NCBI GenBank assembly: GCA_900609035.2
Contig: UXAT02000012.1
Coordinates: forward strand, 77,278 to 141,277
Length of the DNA: 64,000 nucleotides
Direction: 5' to 3'
From: Candidatus Defluviicoccus seviourii
GTDB taxonomy: Bacteria > Pseudomonadota > Alphaproteobacteria > Rhodospirillales > Defluviicoccaceae
In this document: in pieces, positions 37,785 through 46,685 of the stretch
Position numbering within the stretch: position 1 is the first letter of the stretch
Layout: each line of letters starts with the position of its first letter
Notes under the pieces: generated by a model
The model's database searches: none
Seen by the model: only the letters and a program-made list of their open reading frames with translations
Told to the model about the DNA's origin: nothing
Translations under genes and position numbers: made by a program

Positions 37785-38776
37785 GCGCGCCCCCTCGCCG
37801 CAAGCAGGTCGTCAACATCACCGGCCTCCTGGTGTTGCTCGCGTTGCCGGCCGTGGCGCTCGCGGTGGGCGAGCCGTTCCTGATCGGCGTCGCGACACGG
37901 ATCGTCATCGCCGCGCTTGCCGCGCTCAGCCTCGATCTCATCCTCGGCTACGGCGGCATGGTCAGCTTCGGCCACGCCGCCTTCCTCGGCATCGGCGCCT
38001 ACGTGGTCGGGATCCTGGCGCACCACGACATCGAGAACACCCTCATCCCCTTCCTGCCCGGCACCTGGCACGGCACGACGGCAGCGCTGGTGCAATGGCC
38101 GCTGGCGGTGCTCGCTTCGGCGCTGTTCGCGCTTGTCACGGGTGCCTTGTGCCTGCGCACCTCCGGTGTCTACTTCATCATGGTGACGCTGGCGTTCGCC
38201 CAGATGCTCTATCACTTCTTCGTCTCGCTGCCGGCCTATGGCGGCCACGACGGCATCAACCTGTGGCAACGCAGCGCGGTTCCGGGCGCGGATCTGAGCG
38301 ATGACTGGATCTTCTACTACGTGTGCCTGTTCATTCTGCTGGCCGTGCTCGCCGTTTTGAGCCGCATCGTCAACAGCCGCTTTGGCATGGTCCTGCAAGG
38401 GTGCAAGCAGAACGAGGCGCGCCTCGCGGCACTCGGCATCGCCACCGGACGCTACAAGCTCGCAGCCTACACACTGGCCGGCGCGATCGCCGGGCTCGCG
38501 GGGGCGCTGACCGCCAACCAGACCGAGTTCGTCGGCCCCAGCCTGATGCACTGGAGCCGCTCAGGTGAGATCCTGGTCATGCTCATCCTGGGCGGCATCG
38601 GCACGCTTTACGGTGCCGTCGCCGGCGCGGCCACCTTCCTCGCCCTCGAAGAGATCCTGACCAGCCTTACCGAGCACTGGATGCTTTTCCTCGGTCCGAT
38701 CCTCGTGTTCGTCGTTCTGTTCGCGCGCCGGGGCATCTACGGCTGGCTGGTCGGGCCTGAGTCCGGCGATGACTGA
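37781..38776 (+). CDS. ABC transporter permease (LivM-like)
   Basis: GYGGMVSFGHAAF, YFIMVTLAFAQ, SRFGMVL, ILGGIGTLYG. Confidence 0.93.
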   Translation: MSAPPRRKQVVNITGLLVLLALPAVALAVGEPFLIGVATRIVIAALAALSLDLILGYGGMVSFGHAAFLGIGAYVVGILAHHDIENTLIPFLPGTWHGTTAALVQWPLAVLASALFALVTGALCLRTSGVYFIMVTLAFAQMLYHFFVSLPAYGGHDGINLWQRSAVPGADLSDDWIFYYVCLFILLAVLAVLSRIVNSRFGMVLQGCKQNEARLAALGIATGRYKLAAYTLAGAIAGLAGALTANQTEFVGPSLMHWSRSGEILVMLILGGIGTLYGAVAGAATFLALEEILTSLTEHWMLFLGPILVFVVLFARRGIYGWLVGPESGDD

Positions 38777-39515
38777 GCCGATCCTCGAAGTCAGCGGGCT
38801 GACCAAGTTTTTCGGCGCGGTTGCCGCCAGCGATGCGCTCACGTTTGCGGTCGAACGCGGCAGCATTCATGGCCTGATCGGTCCCAACGGCGCCGGCAAG
38901 TCAACGACGATCGCTCAGCTTTCGGGCGAATTGCGGCCCGACGCCGGCCGCATCCGCTTTGCCGGCGCGGACATCACGGCTTGGCCTGTGCATCGCCGCG
39001 CACATGCAGGTCTGCAGCGCTCCTACCAGATCACCAGCCTGTTCCCGGATTTTACCGCCGCTGAGAACGTGGCGCTCGCCGTCCAGGCGCGCCAAGGCCA
39101 TTCCTTTCGCTTCCTCGCACCGGCGCGCCGGACCCCCTCGCTGAGAGAGCCGGCGCTCGCGGTTCTCGGCCGCTTAGGCCTGGCCGCCAAGGCGGATGAG
39201 CCGGCGAGCCGGCTCGGGCACGGCGAACAGCGCCAGCTCGAGCTTGCCATGGTGCTAGCGACCCGGCCGACGATGCTGCTGCTCGATGAACCGACCGCCG
39301 GCATGAGCCGGACCGAGAGCCGGCGCATGATGGGCATCTTGCGGCCACTCAAGGGCAAGGTGACCATTCTGCTGGTCGAGCACGACATGGACGTCGTCTT
39401 CGCGCTCGCCGATGCCATAACCGTCCTGGTCAAGGGCAAGGCGATTGTCACCGGCCCGCCGGCCGAGGTCCGCGCCAACGAGGACGTCCGCCGCGCCTAC
39501 CTCGGGAACTACTGA
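38769..39515 (+). CDS. ABC transporter ATP-binding protein (LivG-like)
   Basis: GPNGAGKST, LGHGEQRQLE, LLLDEPTAG, VEHDMD. Confidence 0.94.
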   Translation: MTEPILEVSGLTKFFGAVAASDALTFAVERGSIHGLIGPNGAGKSTTIAQLSGELRPDAGRIRFAGADITAWPVHRRAHAGLQRSYQITSLFPDFTAAENVALAVQARQGHSFRFLAPARRTPSLREPALAVLGRLGLAAKADEPASRLGHGEQRQLELAMVLATRPTMLLLDEPTAGMSRTESRRMMGILRPLKGKVTILLVEHDMDVVFALADAITVLVKGKAIVTGPPAEVRANEDVRRAYLGNY

Positions 39516-40225
39516 TGGCGATGCTGGAGCTGCACCAGGTCGAGACCTTTTACGGCTTGAGCCAGGCGCTGTTCGGCGTCGAGCTCACGATCGAAGGCGG
39601 CGAGGTGGTCACGCTGATGGGCCGCAACGGCATGGGCAAGACGACGACCCTGCGCACCATCATGGGCCTGCAGCCGCCGCGCCACGGCACCGTGCGTTTC
39701 CGCGATCGGGACGTCACCGGCTGGCCAAGCCACCGCATCGCGCGGCTTGGCATCGGCTACGTGCCGGAAGGCCGGCACGTGTTCGCCAACCTCACGGTGC
39801 GCGAGAACCTGCTCGCGACTGCCGCCAACCACGCCGGCACCCTTGAGCCATGGACCGTCGAGCGCGTCATGAGTTTGTTTCCGCGCTTGGCCGAGCGCCA
39901 CCAGCAATTTGCACGCACGCTCTCCGGCGGCGAGCAGCAGATGCTGGCAATCGGTCGCGCGCTGATGACCAATCCCGTTTTCATGATCTTCGACGAGGCC
40001 ACCGAGGGCTTGGCGCCGCTCATCCGGGAAGAGATCTGGACGGTTCTGGAGACGAACCTGCGCGAGGCCGGACAGGCGATCCTGGTCATCGACAAGCACC
40101 CTGAGGCAATGGCCCGGATCGCGGATCGTCACTACGTGATGGAGAAAGGCCGCATCGTCTGGTCGGGGAACTCAGCCGCGCTGCTGGCCGACCAGGCGAT
40201 GCAGGAACGCTTTCTCGGCGTCTGA
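39515..40225 (+). CDS. ABC transporter ATP-binding protein (LivF-like)
   Basis: GRNGMGKTT, YVPEGR, LSGGEQQMLAI, DEATEGLAP. Confidence 0.94.
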   Translation: MAMLELHQVETFYGLSQALFGVELTIEGGEVVTLMGRNGMGKTTTLRTIMGLQPPRHGTVRFRDRDVTGWPSHRIARLGIGYVPEGRHVFANLTVRENLLATAANHAGTLEPWTVERVMSLFPRLAERHQQFARTLSGGEQQMLAIGRALMTNPVFMIFDEATEGLAPLIREEIWTVLETNLREAGQAILVIDKHPEAMARIADRHYVMEKGRIVWSGNSAALLADQAMQERFLGV

Positions 40226-40229
40226 ACCC

Positions 40230-40775
40230 TCACGCGGCCGCCGCCGCGTGCGTGCCCTTTTCCATATCGAGCACGACCGCGAGCGCGTTGACCACCGCTG
40301 CGATGCGCACCGCCGCCTGCACCGCCTCGGCGCCGATGCCGTGGCCGCGCAAGGTCCGCTCGTGGGAGTCCATGCACATACCGCAGCCGTTGATCGCCGA
40401 GACCGCCGTTGACCACAGCTCGAAATCGGCTTTCTCCGCGCCCGGCTTGGCAATCGCGTTCATGCGCAGCCGCGCCGGCATGCTTTGGTAATCCTTCGCC
40501 GACACGAGGTGGGTGAAGCGATAGTAGATGTTGTTCATCCCCATCAGCGCGGCGGCCGTCTTGGCGGCGGTGAGTTCAGCCTCGCTCAGCGCCGGGCCAA
40601 AGATGGCCATGACCAGTTCACGCAAGCGTGGCTGCCGGGTTGCGCAGGCCGACGCAATGAAGGTGCCGGCCCGCTGGCGCTCGGTAAGCGCCGGCTCGGT
40701 TGCGAGCGTGTCGAGATTGAGCCGCAGGTCGCGGGCGTAATCCGGCACCGCCGCTTTCAAGGTTTCGAGGGTCAT
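40230..40775 (-). CDS. ahpD: Alkyl hydroperoxide reductase AhpD
   Basis: [35 protein letters not shown] (CxxC). Confidence 0.95.
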   Translation of the reverse strand: MTLETLKAAVPDYARDLRLNLDTLATEPALTERQRAGTFIASACATRQPRLRELVMAIFGPALSEAELTAAKTAAALMGMNNIYYRFTHLVSAKDYQSMPARLRMNAIAKPGAEKADFELWSTAVSAINGCGMCMDSHERTLRGHGIGAEAVQAAVRIAAVVNALAVVLDMEKGTHAAAAA

Positions 40776-40847
40776 CGGTCGTCGATCTCCTTGTCGTTAA
40801 AGGGGGCGCGCCCCGCACGGGACGGGGCGTCTGCCATATCGCCTGCG

Positions 40848-41387
40848 TCAGGCCACCTTGAGGACTGCCTCGCCCTTCTGCCAATTGCACGGGCACAGCT
40901 CGTCGGTCTGCAGGGCATCGAGCACGCGCAAGACTTCGTTCGGATTGCGGCCGACGCTCAAGTCGTTGACCGAGACGAAGCGGATCACGCCCTCGGGATC
41001 GACGATGAAGGTCGCCCGCAGCGCCACGCCTTCGCTCTTGTCGAGGACGCCGAGAGCCTGGCTCAGCTCGCGCTTGATATCGGCCAGCATCGCAAACGGC
41101 AGCTCCTTGAGGTCGGCGTGGTTCTGCCGCCAGGCCAGATGCACGAACTCGGAGTCGGTCGAAACGCCGTAGACCACCGCATCGCGGTCGGCAAAGGCGC
41201 CGTTGAGGGCACCGAAGGCGGCGATCTCGGTCGGGCAGACGAAGGTGAAGTCCTTCGGCCAGAAGAACACCACCTTCCATTTGCCGGGCTCGCTCGCATC
41301 GCTCACGTCCGCGAATGCGGTCTTCGGATCGCTCGAAACGACAGCCTTCAGGTTAAAGCTCGGGAACTTGTCGCCAATCGTCAGCAT
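40848..41387 (-). CDS. ahpC: Peroxiredoxin AhpC
   Basis: FFWPKDFTFVCPTEI, GRNPNEVLR, DELCPCNW. Confidence 0.96.
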   Translation of the reverse strand: MLTIGDKFPSFNLKAVVSSDPKTAFADVSDASEPGKWKVVFFWPKDFTFVCPTEIAAFGALNGAFADRDAVVYGVSTDSEFVHLAWRQNHADLKELPFAMLADIKRELSQALGVLDKSEGVALRATFIVDPEGVIRFVSVNDLSVGRNPNEVLRVLDALQTDELCPCNWQKGEAVLKVA

Positions 41388-41446
41388 CGGACCTCCTCGG
41401 GTCATCGGGAATTGCGTTAAACCCGAGGTAGGCCCTTGCGGACGTT

Positions 41447-41491
41447 CGATCCAATGAATAGAATTGAAAAAACTGATCGAAGAAGATGATC
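41447..41491. promoter_or_regulatory. Probable OxyR-binding region between divergent ahpC and oxyR
   Basis: AT-rich ATAG-aattgaaaaaa-CTGATCG with spaced GAT/ATC units, in the usual position for OxyR control. Confidence 0.4.
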
Positions 41492-42394
41492 ATGCGCCTC
41501 CCAACCTTGCGCCAGCTGCGCCACCTTGTCGCCCTCGCCGAACATTGCCATTTCGGCCGTGCCGCTGCCGCCGTCCACGTGACGCAGTCGACCTTGTCCG
41601 CCAGCCTGCGCGAGCTGGAGGAGACGCTCGGCGCAGCACTGGTCGACCGCACCCAGCGGCGGGTCGTGGTGACCCCGCTCGGCAACGAGGTCGTCCACCG
41701 GGCGCAGGCACTGCTGCAGGGTGCGGAGGAACTGGTTCGGCTTGCCAATGCCGCAGCCGAACCGCTCACTGGTCCCCTCTATCTCGGCGCGATCCCGACC
41801 GTGAGCCCGTTCCTGCTGCCGCGCGTCCTGCCGGGCCTGCGCCAGGCCTACCCGAACCTCAAGCTTTACCTGGTCGAGGACCTGACGGACCGGTTGGTGG
41901 AACGGCTGCACGCCGGCACGCTCGATGTCGTCATTCTTGCGCTGCCCTATGATTACGGTTCTGGCGATGTGTTTCCCATCGGCCTTGATCCGTTCCGCCT
42001 GGTCATGCCCGCGGATCATGCGCTGGCCCGGCTGCCAAGCGTGCCGACGGAAAGCATCCGCTCCGAACCGCTGCTGCTGCTGACCGACGGCCACTGCCTG
42101 CGTCAGCACGCGCTCGCCGCTTGCGATCTGGCGGCTGCCCGCGCCGGCGAGGTCTTTGCCGCCACCTCCCTGCCCACGCTGGTGCAGATGGTCGATAATG
42201 GCTTAGGGCTGACGCTGGTGCCGCAGCTGGCGCTCGACGCCGGCATCCTCAACGGCACCCGGCTGGTGGCACGGCCCGTAATGGGCGAGGCCGCACAGCG
42301 CGAGATCGGGCTCGTCTGGCGCAAAGGCACCGCCCGCGCCGAGGAATTCCAGCTTCTCGGCCGCGAGCTGCAGCGCCGTTTCGAGCCCGCCTAG
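41486..42394 (+). CDS. oxyR: Hydrogen peroxide-inducible LysR regulator OxyR
   Basis: LysR HTH (LRQLRHLVALAEHCHFGRAA, TQSTLS), DGHCLRQHALAAC Cys pair, ATSLPTLVQMV; divergent from ahpCD. Confidence 0.92.
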   Translation: MIMRLPTLRQLRHLVALAEHCHFGRAAAAVHVTQSTLSASLRELEETLGAALVDRTQRRVVVTPLGNEVVHRAQALLQGAEELVRLANAAAEPLTGPLYLGAIPTVSPFLLPRVLPGLRQAYPNLKLYLVEDLTDRLVERLHAGTLDVVILALPYDYGSGDVFPIGLDPFRLVMPADHALARLPSVPTESIRSEPLLLLTDGHCLRQHALAACDLAAARAGEVFAATSLPTLVQMVDNGLGLTLVPQLALDAGILNGTRLVARPVMGEAAQREIGLVWRKGTARAEEFQLLGRELQRRFEPA

Positions 42395-42399
42395 CAAGT

Positions 42400-42652
42400 G
42401 TAGCCTGCATGCAGCGTAAGCGGAATGCGGGAAGGTTGGCGATTGCGCAGTACAAGGATGGAGCTCTTGCGCAATTCGGGATGGCGTGCCGCGGGCGGAT
42501 TCCCCGCATTCCGCTACGCTCCATGACGGGCTACTCGCCAAAATCATTCGTCGGATTACGCTACGCTCATCTGACCCACGCGGGTTGGTGTAGATGGCGT
42601 GAAAGATTTGAAGGCGGGCGAACCCCGCGCCCAAAATCATCCGTCGGATTAC
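42400..42652. repeat. Cluster of GTAG-type REP-like palindromes (REPIN/BIME-like)
   Basis: GTAG plus imperfect palindrome at 42400-42431 (+) and 42503-42534 (-); degenerate units at 42450-42480 and 42549-42579; 22-bp direct repeat at 42538-42559 and 42631-42652 (1 mismatch). Confidence 0.7.
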
Positions 42653-42750
42653 TACTCGGGCTGGTCTTGAATCGGGCGCCGGCGGTGAACACCCTGGGAA
42701 TTCAGGGGACATGATACGTAGTTTCCAGATCGATGGCCGCCTTTACAGGG

Positions 42751-42996
42751 TCAACATGGCGAGGCTGGCGCGTGTTGCTGGACGACTGCATCCATCTCAT
42801 CAAGGGTGAGTGCCCGTGGTGGTGCCGGGATGGACGCCTTGAGTTCGGCCAGCGACAGCGTCGCCGGAACCATCAGCGCCGTGCCATCGTCCTGAAGGAT
42901 GAACTCGACCCGGTCACCAGGGCCGAGGCGCAGCCGTTCGCGAACGCTCTTGGGGATCGTCGTCTGCCCTTTCGCGGTGATCGTCGCCGTTGCCAT
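42751..42996 (-). CDS. AbrB/MazE/SpoVT-family antitoxin (orphan)
   Basis: MATATITAKGQTTIPKSVRERLRLGPGDRVEF; start set to ATG 42996. Confidence 0.85.
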   Translation of the reverse strand: MATATITAKGQTTIPKSVRERLRLGPGDRVEFILQDDGTALMVPATLSLAELKASIPAPPRALTLDEMDAVVQQHAPASPC

Positions 42997-43021
42997 CGCT
43001 GCCACCTTTCTCTGGTCGCCT

Positions 43022-43043
43022 TTCCTTACCTTATGGAAAGGAA
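43022..43043. promoter_or_regulatory. Inverted repeat TTCCTT-N10-AAGGAA, candidate antitoxin operator
   Basis: 26-47 bp upstream of the antitoxin ATG; type II TA operons usually autoregulate through such repeats. Confidence 0.4.
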
Positions 43044-43165
43044 CGGTGAACGTCACGCGGCATCAGGCGGCGCCTGCGCTGCCTCCCGACCGCGCTTACG
43101 TTTCACTCGCAACGATGCTAGTGTGCCGCCCGCTCGGCGCAAGAAGCAGGGAGGACAGGCAAACC

Positions 43166-44275
43166 ATGGATGTGCGCGCTGCGGTCGCTTATGAGGCCGG
43201 CAAGCCTTTGACGCTGGAAACCGTGCAGCTCGAAGGGCCCAAGGCCGGTGAGGTGCTGGTCGAGATCAAGGCCACCGGCGTCTGCCACACCGACGAATAC
43301 ACGCTCTCCGGCGCCGATCCGGAAGGTCTGTTCCCCGCCATCTTAGGCCACGAGGGGGCGGGTGTGGTGGTCGAGGTCGGCCCCGGCGTGACCTCCTTGC
43401 AGCCGGGCGATCACGTCATCCCGCTCTATGTCCCCGAATGCCGGCAGTGCGAATACTGCCTCAACCCGAAGACCAACCTGTGCCAGTCGATCCGCGTCAC
43501 CCAAGGCAAAGGCCTGATGCCGGACGGATCCTCGCGCTTTTCAATCGGCGGCAAACCGCTGTTCCACTACATGGGCACCTCGACCTTCGCCAACTACACG
43601 GTCGTGCCGGAGATCGCGCTCGCCAAGGTGCGCAAGGACGCGCCGTTCGAGAAGATCTGCTACATCGGCTGCGGCGTCACCACCGGCTTGGGCGCCGTCA
43701 TCTTCACCGCCAAGGTCGAGCCGGGCGCGAAGGTCGTCGTGTTTGGGCTGGGCGGCATCGGGCTTAACGTCATCCAGGGCGCGCGCTTGGTCGGCGCCGA
43801 CATGATCGTGGGCGTCGACACCAATCCGGCCAAGCGGGCGATCGCCGAGAAGTTCGGCATGACGCATTTCGTCAACCCGAAGGACGTTGCGGGCGATCTC
43901 GTCGGAGCACTCGTCGATCTCACCGGCGGCGGCGCCGATTACGCGTTCGAGTGCGTCGGCAACGTCAAGCTGATGCGCCAGGCGCTCGAATGCTGCCACA
44001 AGGGCTGGGGCGAGTGCATCATCATCGGCGTCGCCGGTGCCGGCGAGGAGATCAGCACGCGGCCGTTCCAGCTGGTGACGGGCCGGGTCTGGCGCGGCAC
44101 CGCGTTCGGCGGCGCCCGCGGCCGGCGCGACGTGCCGAAGATCGTCGACTGGTACATGGAGGGCAAGATCAACATCGATGATCTGATCACCCACGTGGTG
44201 CCGCTCAACCGCATCAACGAGGCGTTCGATCTGATGCATGCCGGCCAGTCGATCCGCACCGTCGTGACGTACTGA
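43166..44275 (+). CDS. frmA: S-(hydroxymethyl)glutathione dehydrogenase / class III alcohol dehydrogenase
   Basis: GVCHTD, LGHEGAG, CRQCEYC, GCGVTTG, FGLGGIG, TRPFQLVTGRVWRG. Confidence 0.96.
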   Translation: MDVRAAVAYEAGKPLTLETVQLEGPKAGEVLVEIKATGVCHTDEYTLSGADPEGLFPAILGHEGAGVVVEVGPGVTSLQPGDHVIPLYVPECRQCEYCLNPKTNLCQSIRVTQGKGLMPDGSSRFSIGGKPLFHYMGTSTFANYTVVPEIALAKVRKDAPFEKICYIGCGVTTGLGAVIFTAKVEPGAKVVVFGLGGIGLNVIQGARLVGADMIVGVDTNPAKRAIAEKFGMTHFVNPKDVAGDLVGALVDLTGGGADYAFECVGNVKLMRQALECCHKGWGECIIIGVAGAGEEISTRPFQLVTGRVWRGTAFGGARGRRDVPKIVDWYMEGKINIDDLITHVVPLNRINEAFDLMHAGQSIRTVVTY

Positions 44276-44283
44276 GGCCGGAC

Positions 44284-45168
44284 GTGCTGCGCGCCTTCTT
44301 CCCCACACCGCCGCCGAAGCCCAAAGCACCCGAACTCGTGCGCCAATATCGCTCGTTCGGCGGCATTCAGGCCGTCTACCGGCACGCCTCGCGCATTACC
44401 GGCACGGACATGGAGTTTGCACTGTTCCTGCCGCCGGAAACTCGCCCGCGGCCGTGCCCGGTCGTGTTCTGGCTCTCAGGCCTCACCTGCACCTGGGCCA
44501 ACTTCACCGAGAAGGCGGGCGCGCAGCGGGCAGCGGCGGAGCTGGGGCTGATCCTCGTCTGTCCCGATACCAGCCCGCGCGGGCTCGATCTGCCGGGCGA
44601 GCATGCGAGCTACGACTTCGGCTCAGGCGCCGGGTTCTACCTCGATGCCACCGTAGCACCGTGGAAGCGGCACTACCGGATGGAGACCTATCTGATCGAA
44701 GAGCTGTCGGAATTGGTGTTCGCCCATTTCCCGGCCGATCCCAAGCGGCAGGGTATCTGCGGCCACTCGATGGGCGGCCACGGCGCGCTGACGCTGGCAT
44801 TCCGCCATCCGGGCCGCTTCCACTCGCTTTCGGCGCTGGCGCCGATCGTGGCACCCTCGGAAGTGCCGTGGGGGCAGAAGGCGTTCAAGGGCTATCTCGG
44901 CACGGATCGGGCGGATTGGCGGGCGCACGATGCCTGCCGCCTGGTGGCGAAGTCGCACTGGCGGAGCGAAATCCTCATCGATCAGGGGCTGGATGACGAG
45001 TTCCTGACCACGCAGCTAAGGCCGGAACTGTTCGAGGCCGCCTGCACGCGAGCCGAAGTGCCGCTGACGCTGCGCCGGCAGAACGGCTACGATCACAGCT
45101 ACTATTTCATCGCTACCTTTATCGAAGATCATCTCCGGCATCACGCCCGCCTGCTGGGCGGTGCATGA
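44284..45168 (+). CDS. fghA: S-formylglutathione hydrolase
   Basis: WLSGLTC, GSGAGFYLDA, GHSMGGHG, GYDHSYYFI; follows frmA. Confidence 0.94.
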   Translation: MLRAFFPTPPPKPKAPELVRQYRSFGGIQAVYRHASRITGTDMEFALFLPPETRPRPCPVVFWLSGLTCTWANFTEKAGAQRAAAELGLILVCPDTSPRGLDLPGEHASYDFGSGAGFYLDATVAPWKRHYRMETYLIEELSELVFAHFPADPKRQGICGHSMGGHGALTLAFRHPGRFHSLSALAPIVAPSEVPWGQKAFKGYLGTDRADWRAHDACRLVAKSHWRSEILIDQGLDDEFLTTQLRPELFEAACTRAEVPLTLRRQNGYDHSYYFIATFIEDHLRHHARLLGGA

Positions 45169-45204
45169 GCTTGAGCCGTCCGCACGCGTGAGGGGGCCGT
45201 TCGA

Positions 45205-46164
45205 TTGGCGCACTATCTCGTGACCGGCGGCTTGGGTTTCATCGGCTCGCATCTCGTCGACGCCCTGCAGGCCGAGGGCCACGGCGTGCGGGTGCTCGAC
45301 AATCTCTCCACCGGCAAGGAGGAGAACGTCGCGCCCTCGACCGAAATCATCAAAGGCGATGTCGCCGATGGCGCAGCCGTGGCAGCGGCGATGGCCGGCA
45401 TGGACGGCTGTTTCCACTTGGCTGCCGTCGCTTCCGTCGCCGCCTCAATTGAGGACTGGGTCGGCACGCATCGCACCAACCTGACCGGCACGATCACGGT
45501 CTTTGATGCCGCCAGGCGCGTGCGCGCGGTCGGACGGCCGATCCCGGTCGTCTATGCCTCCTCGGCCGCGGTCTATGGCGACAACCCGGCCCTGCCGCTC
45601 AGCGAACAGGCCGCGACCCGGCCGCTCACCGCGTATGGCGCCGACAAACTGGGGTGCGAACAGCATGCGCGGGTCGCACTGCACGTGCATGGCATCCCCA
45701 CCGTCGGCTTGCGCTTTTTCAACGTCTATGGGCCGCGCCAGGATCCGTCCTCGCCCTATTCCGGCGTCATCTCCATCTTCGCCGATCGCCTCGGCCAACG
45801 GCTGCCGATCGAAGTTTTCGGCGATGGCGCACAGACGCGCGATTTCGTCTATGTCGGCGATGTCGTCGCCTTTCTGCTGCGGGCGATGATGCAGGAGAGC
45901 GCGGCCGGCGCAGTCGTAAATGTCTGCACGGGGCGCGCCACCAGCATCAACGAACTCGCGCGAACGATCGCGCGCGTGCTCGGCAGCGAACCGGAGATCA
46001 TCCATCGTCCCGCCCGCACGGGCGACATCCGCGCCTCGCTGGGCGATCCGGCGCAAGCACTGCGGCTGTTGGGCCACGCGGCGAGCACATCATTGGCGGA
46101 CGGTCTGGCGCAGACAATGGCGGCCACGCAAACCAGGAGAGCAGGACCCCTTCGCCATGGATGA
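45205..46164 (+). CDS. NAD-dependent epimerase/dehydratase
   Basis: VTGGLGFIGSH, ASSAAVYG, YGADK, LRFFNVYGPRQ, TRDFVYVGD; TTG start. Confidence 0.9.
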   Translation: MAHYLVTGGLGFIGSHLVDALQAEGHGVRVLDNLSTGKEENVAPSTEIIKGDVADGAAVAAAMAGMDGCFHLAAVASVAASIEDWVGTHRTNLTGTITVFDAARRVRAVGRPIPVVYASSAAVYGDNPALPLSEQAATRPLTAYGADKLGCEQHARVALHVHGIPTVGLRFFNVYGPRQDPSSPYSGVISIFADRLGQRLPIEVFGDGAQTRDFVYVGDVVAFLLRAMMQESAAGAVVNVCTGRATSINELARTIARVLGSEPEIIHRPARTGDIRASLGDPAQALRLLGHAASTSLADGLAQTMAATQTRRAGPLRHG

Positions 46165-46630
46165 CCTCACAATCGCGCGCGCCTTGCATGTCATCGCCGT
46201 CGTCCACTGGATCGGCGGCGTTGCCATGGTCACCGCCGTCATCCTGCCGGCAATCGCCCGCAACGAGCAGCCAGCGCGTCGGCTGGCGCTGTTCGAGGCG
46301 ATCGAGGGGCGCTTCTCGGCGCAAGCCAAGGTGTCGGTGACGCTCGCCGGCTTGAGCGGCTTCTATATGACGCACCGCTTGGCCGCCTGGGATCGCTTCC
46401 TCGATCCGGGTTTCTGGTGGATGCATGCGATGGTGCTGGTATGGGCGGTGTTCACGGTTGTGTTGTTCGTGGCCGAGCCGCTCTTTCTCGACGCCTGGTT
46501 CCATCGCCAAGCCACCCGCGATCCGGAAGGCACGTTCACGATCGTGCGACGCGGCCACTGGATCTTGTTGACGCTGAGCACCGTGACCATTGGCGCCGCC
46601 GTCCTGGGGGCGCACGGCGTCTTGTTCTGA
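46157..46630 (+). CDS. Hypothetical His-rich membrane protein (CopD/HemJ-like topology)
   Basis: About four hydrophobic helices, ALHVIAVVHWIGG, WWMHAM; ATG 46157 overlaps the epimerase end. Confidence 0.7.
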   Translation: MDDLTIARALHVIAVVHWIGGVAMVTAVILPAIARNEQPARRLALFEAIEGRFSAQAKVSVTLAGLSGFYMTHRLAAWDRFLDPGFWWMHAMVLVWAVFTVVLFVAEPLFLDAWFHRQATRDPEGTFTIVRRGHWILLTLSTVTIGAAVLGAHGVLF

Positions 46631-46685
46631 TGCGACTGCTGCGGGGAAATGATCGCCGGACCTGCAGCGGGATGTTGAGTGCTGC

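Noticed and set aside
42400-42652. CRISPR array interpretation of the repeats after oxyR
   Set aside because: Units are inverted, heterogeneous and irregularly spaced, with no cas genes; they fit GTAG REPs.
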